Source: a virus. From it: a stretch of 64,000 bases of DNA. Positions 45,215 to 54,187 of this stretch are shown here, in pieces (within the stretch, counting starts at the first letter, position 1; each line of letters starts with the position of its first letter). The translations under genes and the position numbers were made by a program. The notes under the pieces were generated by a model. It was not told the origin of the DNA, searched no databases, and saw only the letters and a program-made list of their open reading frames with translations. Location of the stretch: positions 59,082-123,081 of IMG/VR virus record IMGVR_UViG_3300011113_000492; one strand, 5' to 3'.

Positions 45215-45856
45215 ATGTCGCAGGGATTCAATTTTGAGTTTACGTTAACTCAATTAAAAGAAATGGTACCAGGCAATCCATACATTGATCATTGGTACGA
45301 AGCAATTTGTAAAATATTACCCGATTACGATATTAACACAAAACCTAGGATAGCCGCATTCATTGCCCAATGTGCTCACGAGTCGGGCGGATTTAAAGCT
45401 ATTAAAGAAAATTTAAATTATCGCGCAGTGACGCTAAGAAAAATATTTCCCAAATACTTTCCCGATGATGCTATAGCTAATAGATATGCAAATATGCCCA
45501 ATAAGCAAGAAGCTATTGCTAATCGAGTTTACGCAAATAGAATGGGCAATGGACCTGAAGAATCTGGAGACGGATACAAATATTGTGGCCGGGGGCTGAT
45601 ACAATTAACAGGTAAAGATAATTACACAAGATACGCACAAAGTTTAGAAATTAGTGTAGAAGAAGCCAGCGAACATCTACTTACTTTCGAAGGATGTGTG
45701 CAAAGCGCAGCTTGGTTTTGGGAAGCTAACAATTTAAATCAATGGGCAGACAAAGGTGACATCCTAACACTGACAAAGCGTATTAATGGTGGTACTATCG
45801 GTCTTGAAGATCGTATCAAACACTATAATCACGCACTTCATGTTTTAGGACACTGA
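45215..45856 (+). CDS. GH19 chitinase-like endolysin
   Basis: AAFIAQCAHESGGF, ENLNY, GRGLIQLTGKDNY, INGGTIGLEDR. Confidence 0.92.
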   Translation: MSQGFNFEFTLTQLKEMVPGNPYIDHWYEAICKILPDYDINTKPRIAAFIAQCAHESGGFKAIKENLNYRAVTLRKIFPKYFPDDAIANRYANMPNKQEAIANRVYANRMGNGPEESGDGYKYCGRGLIQLTGKDNYTRYAQSLEISVEEASEHLLTFEGCVQSAAWFWEANNLNQWADKGDILTLTKRINGGTIGLEDRIKHYNHALHVLGH

Positions 45857-45857
45857 T

Positions 45858-46334
45858 ATGTGGATGCTTGCATGGGTACCGGATAGCATGTTGCTGTGGG
45901 CAGTCCATGTTGTTCTTATTACTGGACTCATTGGTACATTCTTTAGTTTTTTCTTACTACATAGAATTGTTAGATGGTTGCCAGCACTAGCACCGTATCA
46001 TTTATTATTTCAAATTGTTAGTATTGTTCTTTTAGTTGCCGGTGTGTATTTTAAAGGCAGCTACGATACTGAAGCTAGTTGGAGAGCTAAAGTTAAAGAA
46101 GCAGAAGACAAAGTTGCTGTTGCTGAACAACAAGCCAAGGAAGCAAACATAGAGCTAGAGAAAAAAGGCGGCGAAAAAATTAAATACATTCGTGGCCGCA
46201 CAGAATATATTACACAATATGTTGATAGAGAAGTTGTAAAGTATGATGTAAAATTCGCACCAGGTGGGGAGTGCGAACTACCAAAAGAATTTGTAAAATC
46301 TTTGAATTTGGCTGCAGAAAGACCTGCTAAATGA
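45858..46334 (+). CDS. Putative i-spanin (Rz-like)
   Basis: N-terminal TM helices, coiled coil, one C-terminal Cys; follows the endolysin. Confidence 0.6.
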   Translation: MWMLAWVPDSMLLWAVHVVLITGLIGTFFSFFLLHRIVRWLPALAPYHLLFQIVSIVLLVAGVYFKGSYDTEASWRAKVKEAEDKVAVAEQQAKEANIELEKKGGEKIKYIRGRTEYITQYVDREVVKYDVKFAPGGECELPKEFVKSLNLAAERPAK

Positions 46335-46606
46335 AAATTATATTCGCATTTGTTTTTCCATTAATGTTGTCAGGCTGTTTGTTTGCCACTGCACCAGTAT
46401 TACCTAAATTTCCCGAACCTCCCGGACAAAATATGATGGAAAAATGTCCGGACCTGGCAAAGATTAAAGAAGATGCAACACTGAGTGATATAGCCAAAAC
46501 TATTAATGCTAATTATGCTGAATACTATGTATGTGCAGTAAAACTAGATACATGGGTCGAATGGTATCAGATTCAACGTAAAATTTTCGAGGATATGAAA
46601 AAATGA
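46331..46606 (+). CDS. Putative o-spanin (Rz1-like) lipoprotein
   Basis: Lipobox LSG-C; Pro-rich; ATGA overlap with the i-spanin. Confidence 0.65.
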   Translation: MKIIFAFVFPLMLSGCLFATAPVLPKFPEPPGQNMMEKCPDLAKIKEDATLSDIAKTINANYAEYYVCAVKLDTWVEWYQIQRKIFEDMKK

Positions 46607-46962
46607 AATATTTAATAATTCCATTGGTATTTTTAATTAGTGGTTGTAGCACAATTGACACCATTAAAGAGTATTGGCCCAAGCCTCACGATCCTGTAAT
46701 GTTTAACAATCTAGTCAGAGTGGATATTGCCATAGATAATGTTGACTGTGACAAACCCGAGTGGACTATTGCACAAGCAGAATCTCAGCAATTAGCTAGA
46801 TATACAGAATGGCGCAAAGATCCTCAGAGAGAAAATATTAAAGGTCTTGCGGCTCACACCGAACGTATGAGCAAAGGTGGTAGCAAAACATTCTGTGAAT
46901 TAGGCAAGAAAACAGCAAAACAACGAATTCAAGCAGCAAAATCTGCATGGGAGGGAAGATAA
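46603..46962 (+). CDS. Lipoprotein in lysis cluster
   Basis: Lipobox ISG-C. Confidence 0.65.
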   Translation: MKYLIIPLVFLISGCSTIDTIKEYWPKPHDPVMFNNLVRVDIAIDNVDCDKPEWTIAQAESQQLARYTEWRKDPQRENIKGLAAHTERMSKGGSKTFCELGKKTAKQRIQAAKSAWEGR

Positions 46963-47150
46963 TGCATCCGTTAGAACAAGAAATACAAACCATAGTGGAA
47001 CAGTGTCGTATGGGTAATATCAGTGAACAAGAACAAAATTATTTGCTGCAAGAAATCAGAGATATTAGGGCAGCAAATGAATGTGCAGGCAATGAACAAC
47101 TTTTTCGATATGTGGTTCAAGCCTGCAATATAGCAATGAAGTTAGTTTAA
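46962..47150 (+). CDS. Small helical hypothetical protein
   Basis: TAATG coupling. Confidence 0.55.
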   Translation: MHPLEQEIQTIVEQCRMGNISEQEQNYLLQEIRDIRAANECAGNEQLFRYVVQACNIAMKLV

Positions 47151-47151
47151 T

Positions 47152-47514
47152 ATGATCGGTGATTTTGATTGGACTACAGTATTTAAAATGCACGTCAGCA
47201 TGAGTGTAGTGTTGGGAATTATAATTCTGTTTTTACTGACATTACTTTATGTTTGGCACAAGGACAGTAAAAGCAAAGTAAACTTGACTGATCTAATTTG
47301 CAAAAACGGTGTGCTAGATGAAAAAAAATTTACCCGACTGGGCGCATGGATTGTCAGCACTTGGGGATTTGTTTACCTAATGCTGGATAATAAATTCACA
47401 GAATGGTATTTTACTGGTTATATGGCCATATGGGTTGGCAACGCAATTGTAGACAAATACTTAAATAATAAAAACGTCGAACATCAAGGATTAGTTGGAG
47501 AGAAGAATGCATGA
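47152..47514 (+). CDS. Holin-like membrane protein (about 3 TM)
   Basis: Hydrophobic helices; lysis-cluster context. Confidence 0.5.
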   Translation: MIGDFDWTTVFKMHVSMSVVLGIIILFLLTLLYVWHKDSKSKVNLTDLICKNGVLDEKKFTRLGAWIVSTWGFVYLMLDNKFTEWYFTGYMAIWVGNAIVDKYLNNKNVEHQGLVGEKNA

Positions 47515-47803
47515 TCATAAATTAGTTAAATACTTATTGGTATTATTGGCATTGCCTATTGGTATGGCAATGTGCAGCGGCGACAGATATCGATATCCCT
47601 GCCAGGATCCATCAAATTGGGATAAAGATTTTTGTAAACTACCAATTTGTGATGTAAATCGCACCTGCCCAGAACACATTTTTAAAGGGCAGCGCGATCC
47701 AAGACTAGGACCCCAAAAAGATGAACCGAATAAAACAGTTAATATATCGCCTGCGCCGGCGTGTACACCCGCAATATCACAAGGAGCAAATTGTGGAAAA
47801 TAA
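47507..47803 (+). CDS. Exported Cys-rich protein
   Basis: Hydrophobic leader; RYRYPCQDP...FCKLPICDVNRTCPE. Confidence 0.6.
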   Translation: MHDHKLVKYLLVLLALPIGMAMCSGDRYRYPCQDPSNWDKDFCKLPICDVNRTCPEHIFKGQRDPRLGPQKDEPNKTVNISPAPACTPAISQGANCGK

Positions 47804-48404
47804 TAATACCCCCATTTTTTATACAGAAGAGCAGTTAATGGCTCGACTAAAATTCTTTATAGGCGTTTGTCTTGCACTTACGCTGACAGGAATTGTTTTT
47901 GTTGTGTTATATTCATTGATATTTGTAACTCAACCGCTTAATGCAATCAGTCCAATCGATCAAAAGTTTTTTGAATTAATTGTGCCTATTGCTACATTTT
48001 TAACAGGTACACTGTCTGGTATTATGTTAGCAGGAGGAGATAAAGATGCACAAAAGCAAGCATTAACAGCAGCAAATAAAGGGTGGGATAAACCCCCTAC
48101 ACCTACTGCCCCATCAAGCGGAGGATTTGGAAATGGATCTACAACAAACTTTTCATCAGGCGGCGCTTCAACATTTGGCGCATCTACGGCAGGAGGATTC
48201 GGCACAACCAGTCCAGGTTTTGGTGCAGTTCCCCCAGTTACTAATTCATGGGGATCACAATCCCTGGGAGGCGGAAGCGGCTTTGGAAGCCCATCTGCGG
48301 GCCCAACAAATTTTGGCAGCGGATTCGACAATCAACCAGCATCAATAACTACAACAGCAAGTGGTAAGAAAATAGTACCACAACAAGATTTTCCAGAAAT
48401 TTAA
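47793..48404 (+). CDS. Two-TM membrane protein with FG-rich G/S/T low-complexity tail
   Basis: AAGGAG SD and GTG 47793; two TM helices; six FG dipeptides. Confidence 0.65.
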   Translation: MENNNTPIFYTEEQLMARLKFFIGVCLALTLTGIVFVVLYSLIFVTQPLNAISPIDQKFFELIVPIATFLTGTLSGIMLAGGDKDAQKQALTAANKGWDKPPTPTAPSSGGFGNGSTTNFSSGGASTFGASTAGGFGTTSPGFGAVPPVTNSWGSQSLGGGSGFGSPSAGPTNFGSGFDNQPASITTTASGKKIVPQQDFPEI

Positions 48405-48413
48405 GGAGTTAAC

Positions 48414-48617
48414 ATGAAAAAATTATTAGCACTATTGACCATTGCATTTGCCGGTACAGCATTTGCAGGTGGAGAAATGAAAGAAGTTTGCACAGATAAA
48501 AAAGACAGTAAAGGTAACGTAATCAAGAAAGCAGATGGAACACCTGCTCGAGACTGTAAAAAAATCAAAGTACACAAAAAAGTAGAAGGCGAGAAAGTTC
48601 CAGACGGTAAGAAATAA
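48414..48617 (+). CDS. Small exported basic protein with one disulfide
   Basis: Signal peptide AFA; two Cys. Confidence 0.65.
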   Translation: MKKLLALLTIAFAGTAFAGGEMKEVCTDKKDSKGNVIKKADGTPARDCKKIKVHKKVEGEKVPDGKK

Positions 48618-48635
48618 TTTATTTTATTTCAACTT

Positions 48636-48675
48636 AAAAAAGGCAGTTGACTACTGCCTTTTTTCACTATATAAT
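48636..48675 (+). terminator. Terminator with embedded sigma70 promoter for the dnaJ-clpA operon
   Basis: AAAAAAGGCAGT-TGACT-ACTGCCTTTTTT; TTGACT (48647)-17-TATAAT (48670). Confidence 0.75.
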
Positions 48676-48682
48676 TAGATCA

Positions 48683-49510
48683 ATGAGCCATTATGAAACT
48701 CTGGGCATATCGAAAACTGCGGCGGCCGAAGAAATAAAACGTGCATATCGAAAGTTAGCCAGTCAGCATCATCCCGACAAAGGCGGAGACACGGCTAAAT
48801 TTCAACAAGTTGAAGAAGCATATCGTATATTAAGCGATCCTCAAAAAAGAGCTGAATACGATAATTCCCCTCAACAAATGGGGCCAAATCATTTCCATTT
48901 TGATTTCGGAGGAGGAAATTTACATGATATATTTTCTCAGTTTGGGTTTGGGCCCGGTAGTCCGTTTGGGAGACAGCCGCAACCTAGAAGAAATTCTGAC
49001 CTTAGAACTTCTATTAATCTAGGACTTCAAGAAACATTGGTCGATACTCTTAAAGTGTTGAGTATTAAAAATGCCAATAATGATAGACAAAATGTGGACA
49101 TTCGTATCCCACGAGGCATTACTTCGGGCACAACAATAAAATATCCAGGCTTGGGCGATTCCATGTTTCCAAATTTGCCCAGTGGGGATTTATTGGTAAC
49201 AGTTAATGTGTTGCAACATCCTAGTTATCAAGTCAATGGTCTTGATCTTACAACAAACTTGACTATAGATTGTTTTCAAGCTATACTAGGCAGTGAACAA
49301 ACTGTGGTGGGACTAGATGGAAAAACATTTTTAATTAAAACTCCTGCAGGATGTCAACCAAATTTAAAATTAAAAATTTCTGGTGAAGGGCTCTGGGGAT
49401 TTCAAAATGATATTAAAGGACATTTGTTTGTAAAAGTCAATATAACGATTCCCACTAACTTAACAGAAGATCAAAAAAACTTAATTCAAGCTATTGCAAA
49501 TCAACGGTAA
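48683..49510 (+). CDS. DnaJ/CbpA-type J-domain co-chaperone (no Zn finger)
   Basis: HYETLG, HHPDKGG (HPD), GDLLVTV, KTPAGCQP. Confidence 0.92.
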   Translation: MSHYETLGISKTAAAEEIKRAYRKLASQHHPDKGGDTAKFQQVEEAYRILSDPQKRAEYDNSPQQMGPNHFHFDFGGGNLHDIFSQFGFGPGSPFGRQPQPRRNSDLRTSINLGLQETLVDTLKVLSIKNANNDRQNVDIRIPRGITSGTTIKYPGLGDSMFPNLPSGDLLVTVNVLQHPSYQVNGLDLTTNLTIDCFQAILGSEQTVVGLDGKTFLIKTPAGCQPNLKLKISGEGLWGFQNDIKGHLFVKVNITIPTNLTEDQKNLIQAIANQR

Positions 49511-49518
49511 ATATTTTT

Positions 49519-51813
49519 ATGTTACAACCAAATCCTGAAATTGATGTTATTATCCAATCAGCAACTAATACAGCAGCACAAAAAAATCACGAGTACGTGA
49601 CTTTAGAACATTTGCTGTTTGCCATGGTAACACACGAACCATTTGCTAATATTATTGGCAATTTTGGTTGTGATGTTGACAATATGTCTAAAGAAATCGA
49701 ACAATATTTAGATAAGCAAACATATCTTGTTAACAAAGGATATGACATAGTTCCCAAGAAAACACACAGCCTAGAACGTGTTTTTAATCGTGCATTTACG
49801 CAGGTGTTGTTTAGTGGTCGACAACATTTACAAGTAATCGATTTATTCTTGAGTATTAACACTGAAGAAAAAAGTCATGCACGATACTTTATGATTAAAT
49901 TCGGCCTGGACCGAAGTCGTGTTGTGGACTACTGGAATAAAAATTATGTAGATCCTAAAGGTAAAAAGAAAGTAAGGAATGCTGTTGACAACATCCTTGA
50001 AGAATACTGCGATAATCTAAACGAATTGGCAGAAGCAGGAAAGATTGACCCAGTTATCGGCAGGGAAGCAGAGATTGATGAAATATCACATGTGCTGGCT
50101 AAAAGAAATAAAAGTAATGTGTTAATGGTGGGAGATCCTGGCGTTGGTAAAACTGCTATTGCTGAAGGTCTTGCACTTAACATTGTCACCGGAGACGTTC
50201 CAAAATACCTAGCAGATTATACAGTATATAATTTAGATATTGGTAGCTTGTTGGCTGGTAGTAAGTATCGTGGAGAATTTGAAGAGAAACTCAAAGACGT
50301 TATTAAAGCCTTAAATGCTAAAGGTAAATGTATTCTGTTTATCGATGAAGCTCATCAAATGCGAGGCGCAGGTGGCGGATCGCAGAGTAGCGTAGATTTT
50401 GCCAACATGATTAAACCTGCACTGACTAGAGGTCGGATTAAAGTCATTGCTTCAACAACTTGGGAAGAATATACTCAAAGTTTTGAAAAAGATCGCGCAT
50501 TGATGCGCCGCTTTTATAGGCTTACTGTAGAAGAGCCCACCCCAGATGTTGCAAAACAAATTCTTCGAGGTCTTAAAGATCATTTTGAAGAATTTCATAA
50601 TGGCACTATCAGTGAAGAAGCCATTGATGCCGCAGTTGATTTGAGTGTACGATATCAAACAGACAAGAGACTGCCAGACAAGGCCATTGATTTAGTGGAC
50701 ACCGCGGCAGCTAAACTAAAAATTAGCACTCTTGATTTTGTGGTTCGCAAAAGTCACATCATCGATGCTATCAGCAAATTTACAAAAATTCCAGTTGAAC
50801 AATTAGACAACGAAACAGTTAAGAACTTAGAAAGTCTTGAAGATAATATCAGATCTAATTTGTACGGCCAAGATCAGGCTGTAATAGATGTACTAGATAA
50901 AATTTATGTGAGTAGGGCTGGACTTAAAGCCTTGAATAAACCAGTGGGATCTTTCTTATTTTTAGGTCCCACTGGTACAGGTAAAACAGAGTTAGCAAAG
51001 TTGCTGGCTGAAAATCTCGGGATGAAATTATTAAGATATGATATGAGTGAATACCAAGAGCGCCATTCAGTTGCGAAATTGATCGGCGCTCCTCCCGGGT
51101 ACATAGGCTATGACGACGGAAATCTTGGCGGCGGCCTTTTAATCAGTGACGTTGAAAAGAATCCAAACTGCATCATATTGTTTGATGAAATAGAAAAAGC
51201 TCATCCAGACGTCAGTAACCTTTTGCTCAGTCTCATGGATGAAGGGATGATTACTAGTAGTAATGGAAAAAAGGCAGATTGTCGCAATGCTGTGGTCATT
51301 CTGACCAGTAATTTGGGTGCAGCAGACAATGAACGAAACAACATTGGGTTTGGGCGTAGTTTAGAACGCACAGGTGAAGATGATAAAGCTGTAAAAGATT
51401 TCTTTAAACCTGAGTTTAGAAATAGATTAGACGCTATTATTAAGTTTAACAAACTAGAACAAATCAGTATTCGTAAAATTGTAGGTAAGTTTGTACAAGA
51501 AATGAATGACTTGCTCAGTGACAAACATATTAAAGTGATCCTGTCAGAAAAAACAACTGACTATATTATCAGTCAGGGATATGATAGCAAAATGGGAGCC
51601 AGACCATTGGCTCGAAAGATCAATGAATTAATTAAAGTACCTTTGAGTAAAAAAATTCTATTTGATAATATTAATAATTGCACAGTACACGTAGACTTCA
51701 ATGATAAAATTGAATTTGATATTAAAGAAAAACAATTTGTAGTTTATCCTACAAATAATGTAATTGACGAAAATGGCTATGTTATCTTGGACCAAATTAA
51801 ATCCAACTGTTAA
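49519..51813 (+). CDS. clpA: ClpA-family AAA+ ATPase
   Basis: Clp N-domain; GDPGVGKT and GPTGTGKT Walker A motifs; RYDMSEY, GAPPGY, FKPEFRNRLD, MGARP. Confidence 0.9.
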   Translation: MLQPNPEIDVIIQSATNTAAQKNHEYVTLEHLLFAMVTHEPFANIIGNFGCDVDNMSKEIEQYLDKQTYLVNKGYDIVPKKTHSLERVFNRAFTQVLFSGRQHLQVIDLFLSINTEEKSHARYFMIKFGLDRSRVVDYWNKNYVDPKGKKKVRNAVDNILEEYCDNLNELAEAGKIDPVIGREAEIDEISHVLAKRNKSNVLMVGDPGVGKTAIAEGLALNIVTGDVPKYLADYTVYNLDIGSLLAGSKYRGEFEEKLKDVIKALNAKGKCILFIDEAHQMRGAGGGSQSSVDFANMIKPALTRGRIKVIASTTWEEYTQSFEKDRALMRRFYRLTVEEPTPDVAKQILRGLKDHFEEFHNGTISEEAIDAAVDLSVRYQTDKRLPDKAIDLVDTAAAKLKISTLDFVVRKSHIIDAISKFTKIPVEQLDNETVKNLESLEDNIRSNLYGQDQAVIDVLDKIYVSRAGLKALNKPVGSFLFLGPTGTGKTELAKLLAENLGMKLLRYDMSEYQERHSVAKLIGAPPGYIGYDDGNLGGGLLISDVEKNPNCIILFDEIEKAHPDVSNLLLSLMDEGMITSSNGKKADCRNAVVILTSNLGAADNERNNIGFGRSLERTGEDDKAVKDFFKPEFRNRLDAIIKFNKLEQISIRKIVGKFVQEMNDLLSDKHIKVILSEKTTDYIISQGYDSKMGARPLARKINELIKVPLSKKILFDNINNCTVHVDFNDKIEFDIKEKQFVVYPTNNVIDENGYVILDQIKSNC

Positions 51814-52501
51814 GCAAATATCAACAAAGAAAAAATTCTTTGGAAAATATTTGTTTAAAGTTAATGTGTGGTGTCCTGCTGCAAGAATTATAGTAGATCA
51901 AAGCGGTAACAATGTAGACGAACTATTAGAGCAAAGAATAAATGCAATGGATTGGCGTTATCGAAATTATGGGGGTAGTTGGGATGCTGCAAGAAATGCT
52001 CAAATCAAGCAACATGCCGACGTTAAACAATTACAAAATTTTATAGATATTAAACATCAATTCAAAGATCAAATAAAAATTCGAGTCGAAGAACCTCATA
52101 TTTCTGTGTACAGCAACGACGAAGCGTTTCTTTATAGTTTAGTATCTAAGGTGTTGCCTGACAGAATACTAGAAGTTCATGCACCTTCTTCCAAAGCAGC
52201 AGAAGATGCCCTAAATGACGGCAACGTTATCACTAAACGAATTTCTGATTATAATTATAAGGTGGTGCTTAAAGAAAGAATGTTGGCTGATTCTTCATTG
52301 AAAGAAAACGTCAAAGATTATCTATATAATTTGAATGAAGAAGTAAAGATGACTAAATCGTTAACGAAAAATCTAAGCAGCAAATACAGTTATTTTTTAG
52401 GCGGATACTTTTATTGTAAAGATATTAACATTACCACTTTTTTAACGTTAATGTGCCCAGATTTAATTTCCGGAATTTTTAAACTCACTACAGTGGATTA
52501 A
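51773..52501 (+). CDS. Hypothetical protein with two similar halves
   Basis: Overlaps the clpA end; KYLFKV and YNYKV-initiated halves. Confidence 0.6.
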   Translation: MAMLSWTKLNPTVKQISTKKKFFGKYLFKVNVWCPAARIIVDQSGNNVDELLEQRINAMDWRYRNYGGSWDAARNAQIKQHADVKQLQNFIDIKHQFKDQIKIRVEEPHISVYSNDEAFLYSLVSKVLPDRILEVHAPSSKAAEDALNDGNVITKRISDYNYKVVLKERMLADSSLKENVKDYLYNLNEEVKMTKSLTKNLSSKYSYFLGGYFYCKDINITTFLTLMCPDLISGIFKLTTVD

Positions 52502-52531
52502 TAAATATTTGTGTATTTCAAGGAGCCATGC

Positions 52532-52699
52532 ATGGCCAAGATTATCGAAGATATTATTGTAATTAAATTTTCAAAAATTGTTCCAGAAAAGGAACAGGAT
52601 CCCACACCAGCAGTAACCAACGATCATGTTACTGCTTTAATACAAGTTGCACAAGAATTAGTCGGCGAAGGCGTGGTTGTCGAAGTCGAAAGAGCTTAA
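52532..52699 (+). CDS. Small late hypothetical protein
   Basis: ATAAATA and AAGGAG upstream. Confidence 0.65.
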   Translation: MAKIIEDIIVIKFSKIVPEKEQDPTPAVTNDHVTALIQVAQELVGEGVVVEVERA

Positions 52700-52722
52700 T
52701 CTAACCTAATAGAAAGAAATCA

Positions 52723-53652
52723 ATGAGCGATAGCAAAAAACCAATTGACGCAAAGTTAATTCAACCCAAATCAACATCTACTCCTGTTCCCAAATTAACA
52801 AAACCAATTATGCCTGTGCCCGGAGCACCACAGACCGCAGTGGCGGCACCACAAGGTCAACAATTTGATTTTACAAAAGTTCACGTGCATTTTGCTGTAC
52901 CCTGCTACGGTGGAATGGTCAGCGAACCCACTATGACCAGCTTCTTGCGATTTACCCTAATGGCTAGCAAAGTTGGTCTGAACTGGAGTTTAGACACCAT
53001 GGTTAACGAATCTTTGGTCACAAGGGCTCGTAACAATTTATGTGCTAAAATGATGACTAATGCCGCTGCAACTCATTTTATGTTCATTGATGCAGATATT
53101 CGTTTCGAACCCGAATCCATTTTTGGTATGATCGCTGCTGACAAAGATGTTATTGGAGGTCTGTATCCTAAGAAAAGTTTGCCCATTGACTATGTTATTA
53201 ATTTGAAGAACGGTGGACGTATCGAAGGACCGATCTTCCAAGTAGACACACAGGGTACAGGATTCTTGTTGTTTAAAAAACATGTATACGAAAAATTAAT
53301 TGTTGCTCATCCAGAGTGCAAATATGTGGACGATATCGGATTAGGCAAACAGTTTGAACCGTTCATGTACAGTATCTTTGATACAGTGATCGACGAACGA
53401 GGTCATTACCTCAGCGAAGACTGGACGTTCTGCCGTCGTTGGCAAGCAATGGGCGGAGATATTTGGGCCGATAGCCGAGTATTATTGAATCACATTGGAC
53501 ACTACGAATTCAAAGGAGATCTTGCAGCCTTGGAACGAAAAGGACTTAAGCGAGTAGATGTTAACAGCCCCGAAGGCAAAGCAGCAGTAGAAGCTCAGAT
53601 GAAAGCTGCACAAGAAGCTCAGGGAAAACAACATGAATCAAATCCAGCCTGA
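52723..53652 (+). CDS. GT-A-fold glycosyltransferase-like protein
   Basis: VPCYGG, ESLVTRARN, FIDADI, YLSEDWTFCRRW, HIG. Confidence 0.75.
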   Translation: MSDSKKPIDAKLIQPKSTSTPVPKLTKPIMPVPGAPQTAVAAPQGQQFDFTKVHVHFAVPCYGGMVSEPTMTSFLRFTLMASKVGLNWSLDTMVNESLVTRARNNLCAKMMTNAAATHFMFIDADIRFEPESIFGMIAADKDVIGGLYPKKSLPIDYVINLKNGGRIEGPIFQVDTQGTGFLLFKKHVYEKLIVAHPECKYVDDIGLGKQFEPFMYSIFDTVIDERGHYLSEDWTFCRRWQAMGGDIWADSRVLLNHIGHYEFKGDLAALERKGLKRVDVNSPEGKAAVEAQMKAAQEAQGKQHESNPA

Positions 53653-54127
53653 TTTAGAAAGTTTAAAATTTAAAATAGGCTTAAGCGGAACATACTGGGG
53701 GAAAAAGCCCCAGTATTCCGTTTTATTAAACAAAATTAAATTACATTCTAGTGAAATAACTGAACCCAGTGATCAAGTTTTCTACATAGAATTTCAGGCT
53801 GATTGCACTGAAAACTCTGATAATATCTTAGAAATCAGACTAGAAAATAAAGAAGATTCAGACACTGTCCAAAATTCAGAAAGAACTGAAATTCTTAAAG
53901 ACATGCTATTGAATATACATAGCATAGAAATAGACGAAATTAGTATGGATCAATTAATATGGTCAAAAAGTCAATTTTTGCCCGATGATTCTAGTAGACC
54001 TATCTTAGATAACTGTGTTAATTTAGGTTGGAATGGTGCTTATACATTTAAATTTACCAGCCCTTTTTATCTATGGTTATTAGAATCTGAATGGTGCCCT
54101 TTAGAAGGCACCATTGACGGTGTGTAA
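53633..54127 (+). CDS. Hypothetical protein
   Basis: Overlapping ORF; NLGWNG...SPFYLWLLE. Confidence 0.6.
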   Translation: MNQIQPDLESLKFKIGLSGTYWGKKPQYSVLLNKIKLHSSEITEPSDQVFYIEFQADCTENSDNILEIRLENKEDSDTVQNSERTEILKDMLLNIHSIEIDEISMDQLIWSKSQFLPDDSSRPILDNCVNLGWNGAYTFKFTSPFYLWLLESEWCPLEGTIDGV

Positions 54128-54187
54128 TTTCAAAAAACAATCAATACATCCAAATCAATAAATACTACATTAACTAATAATGTAAGT

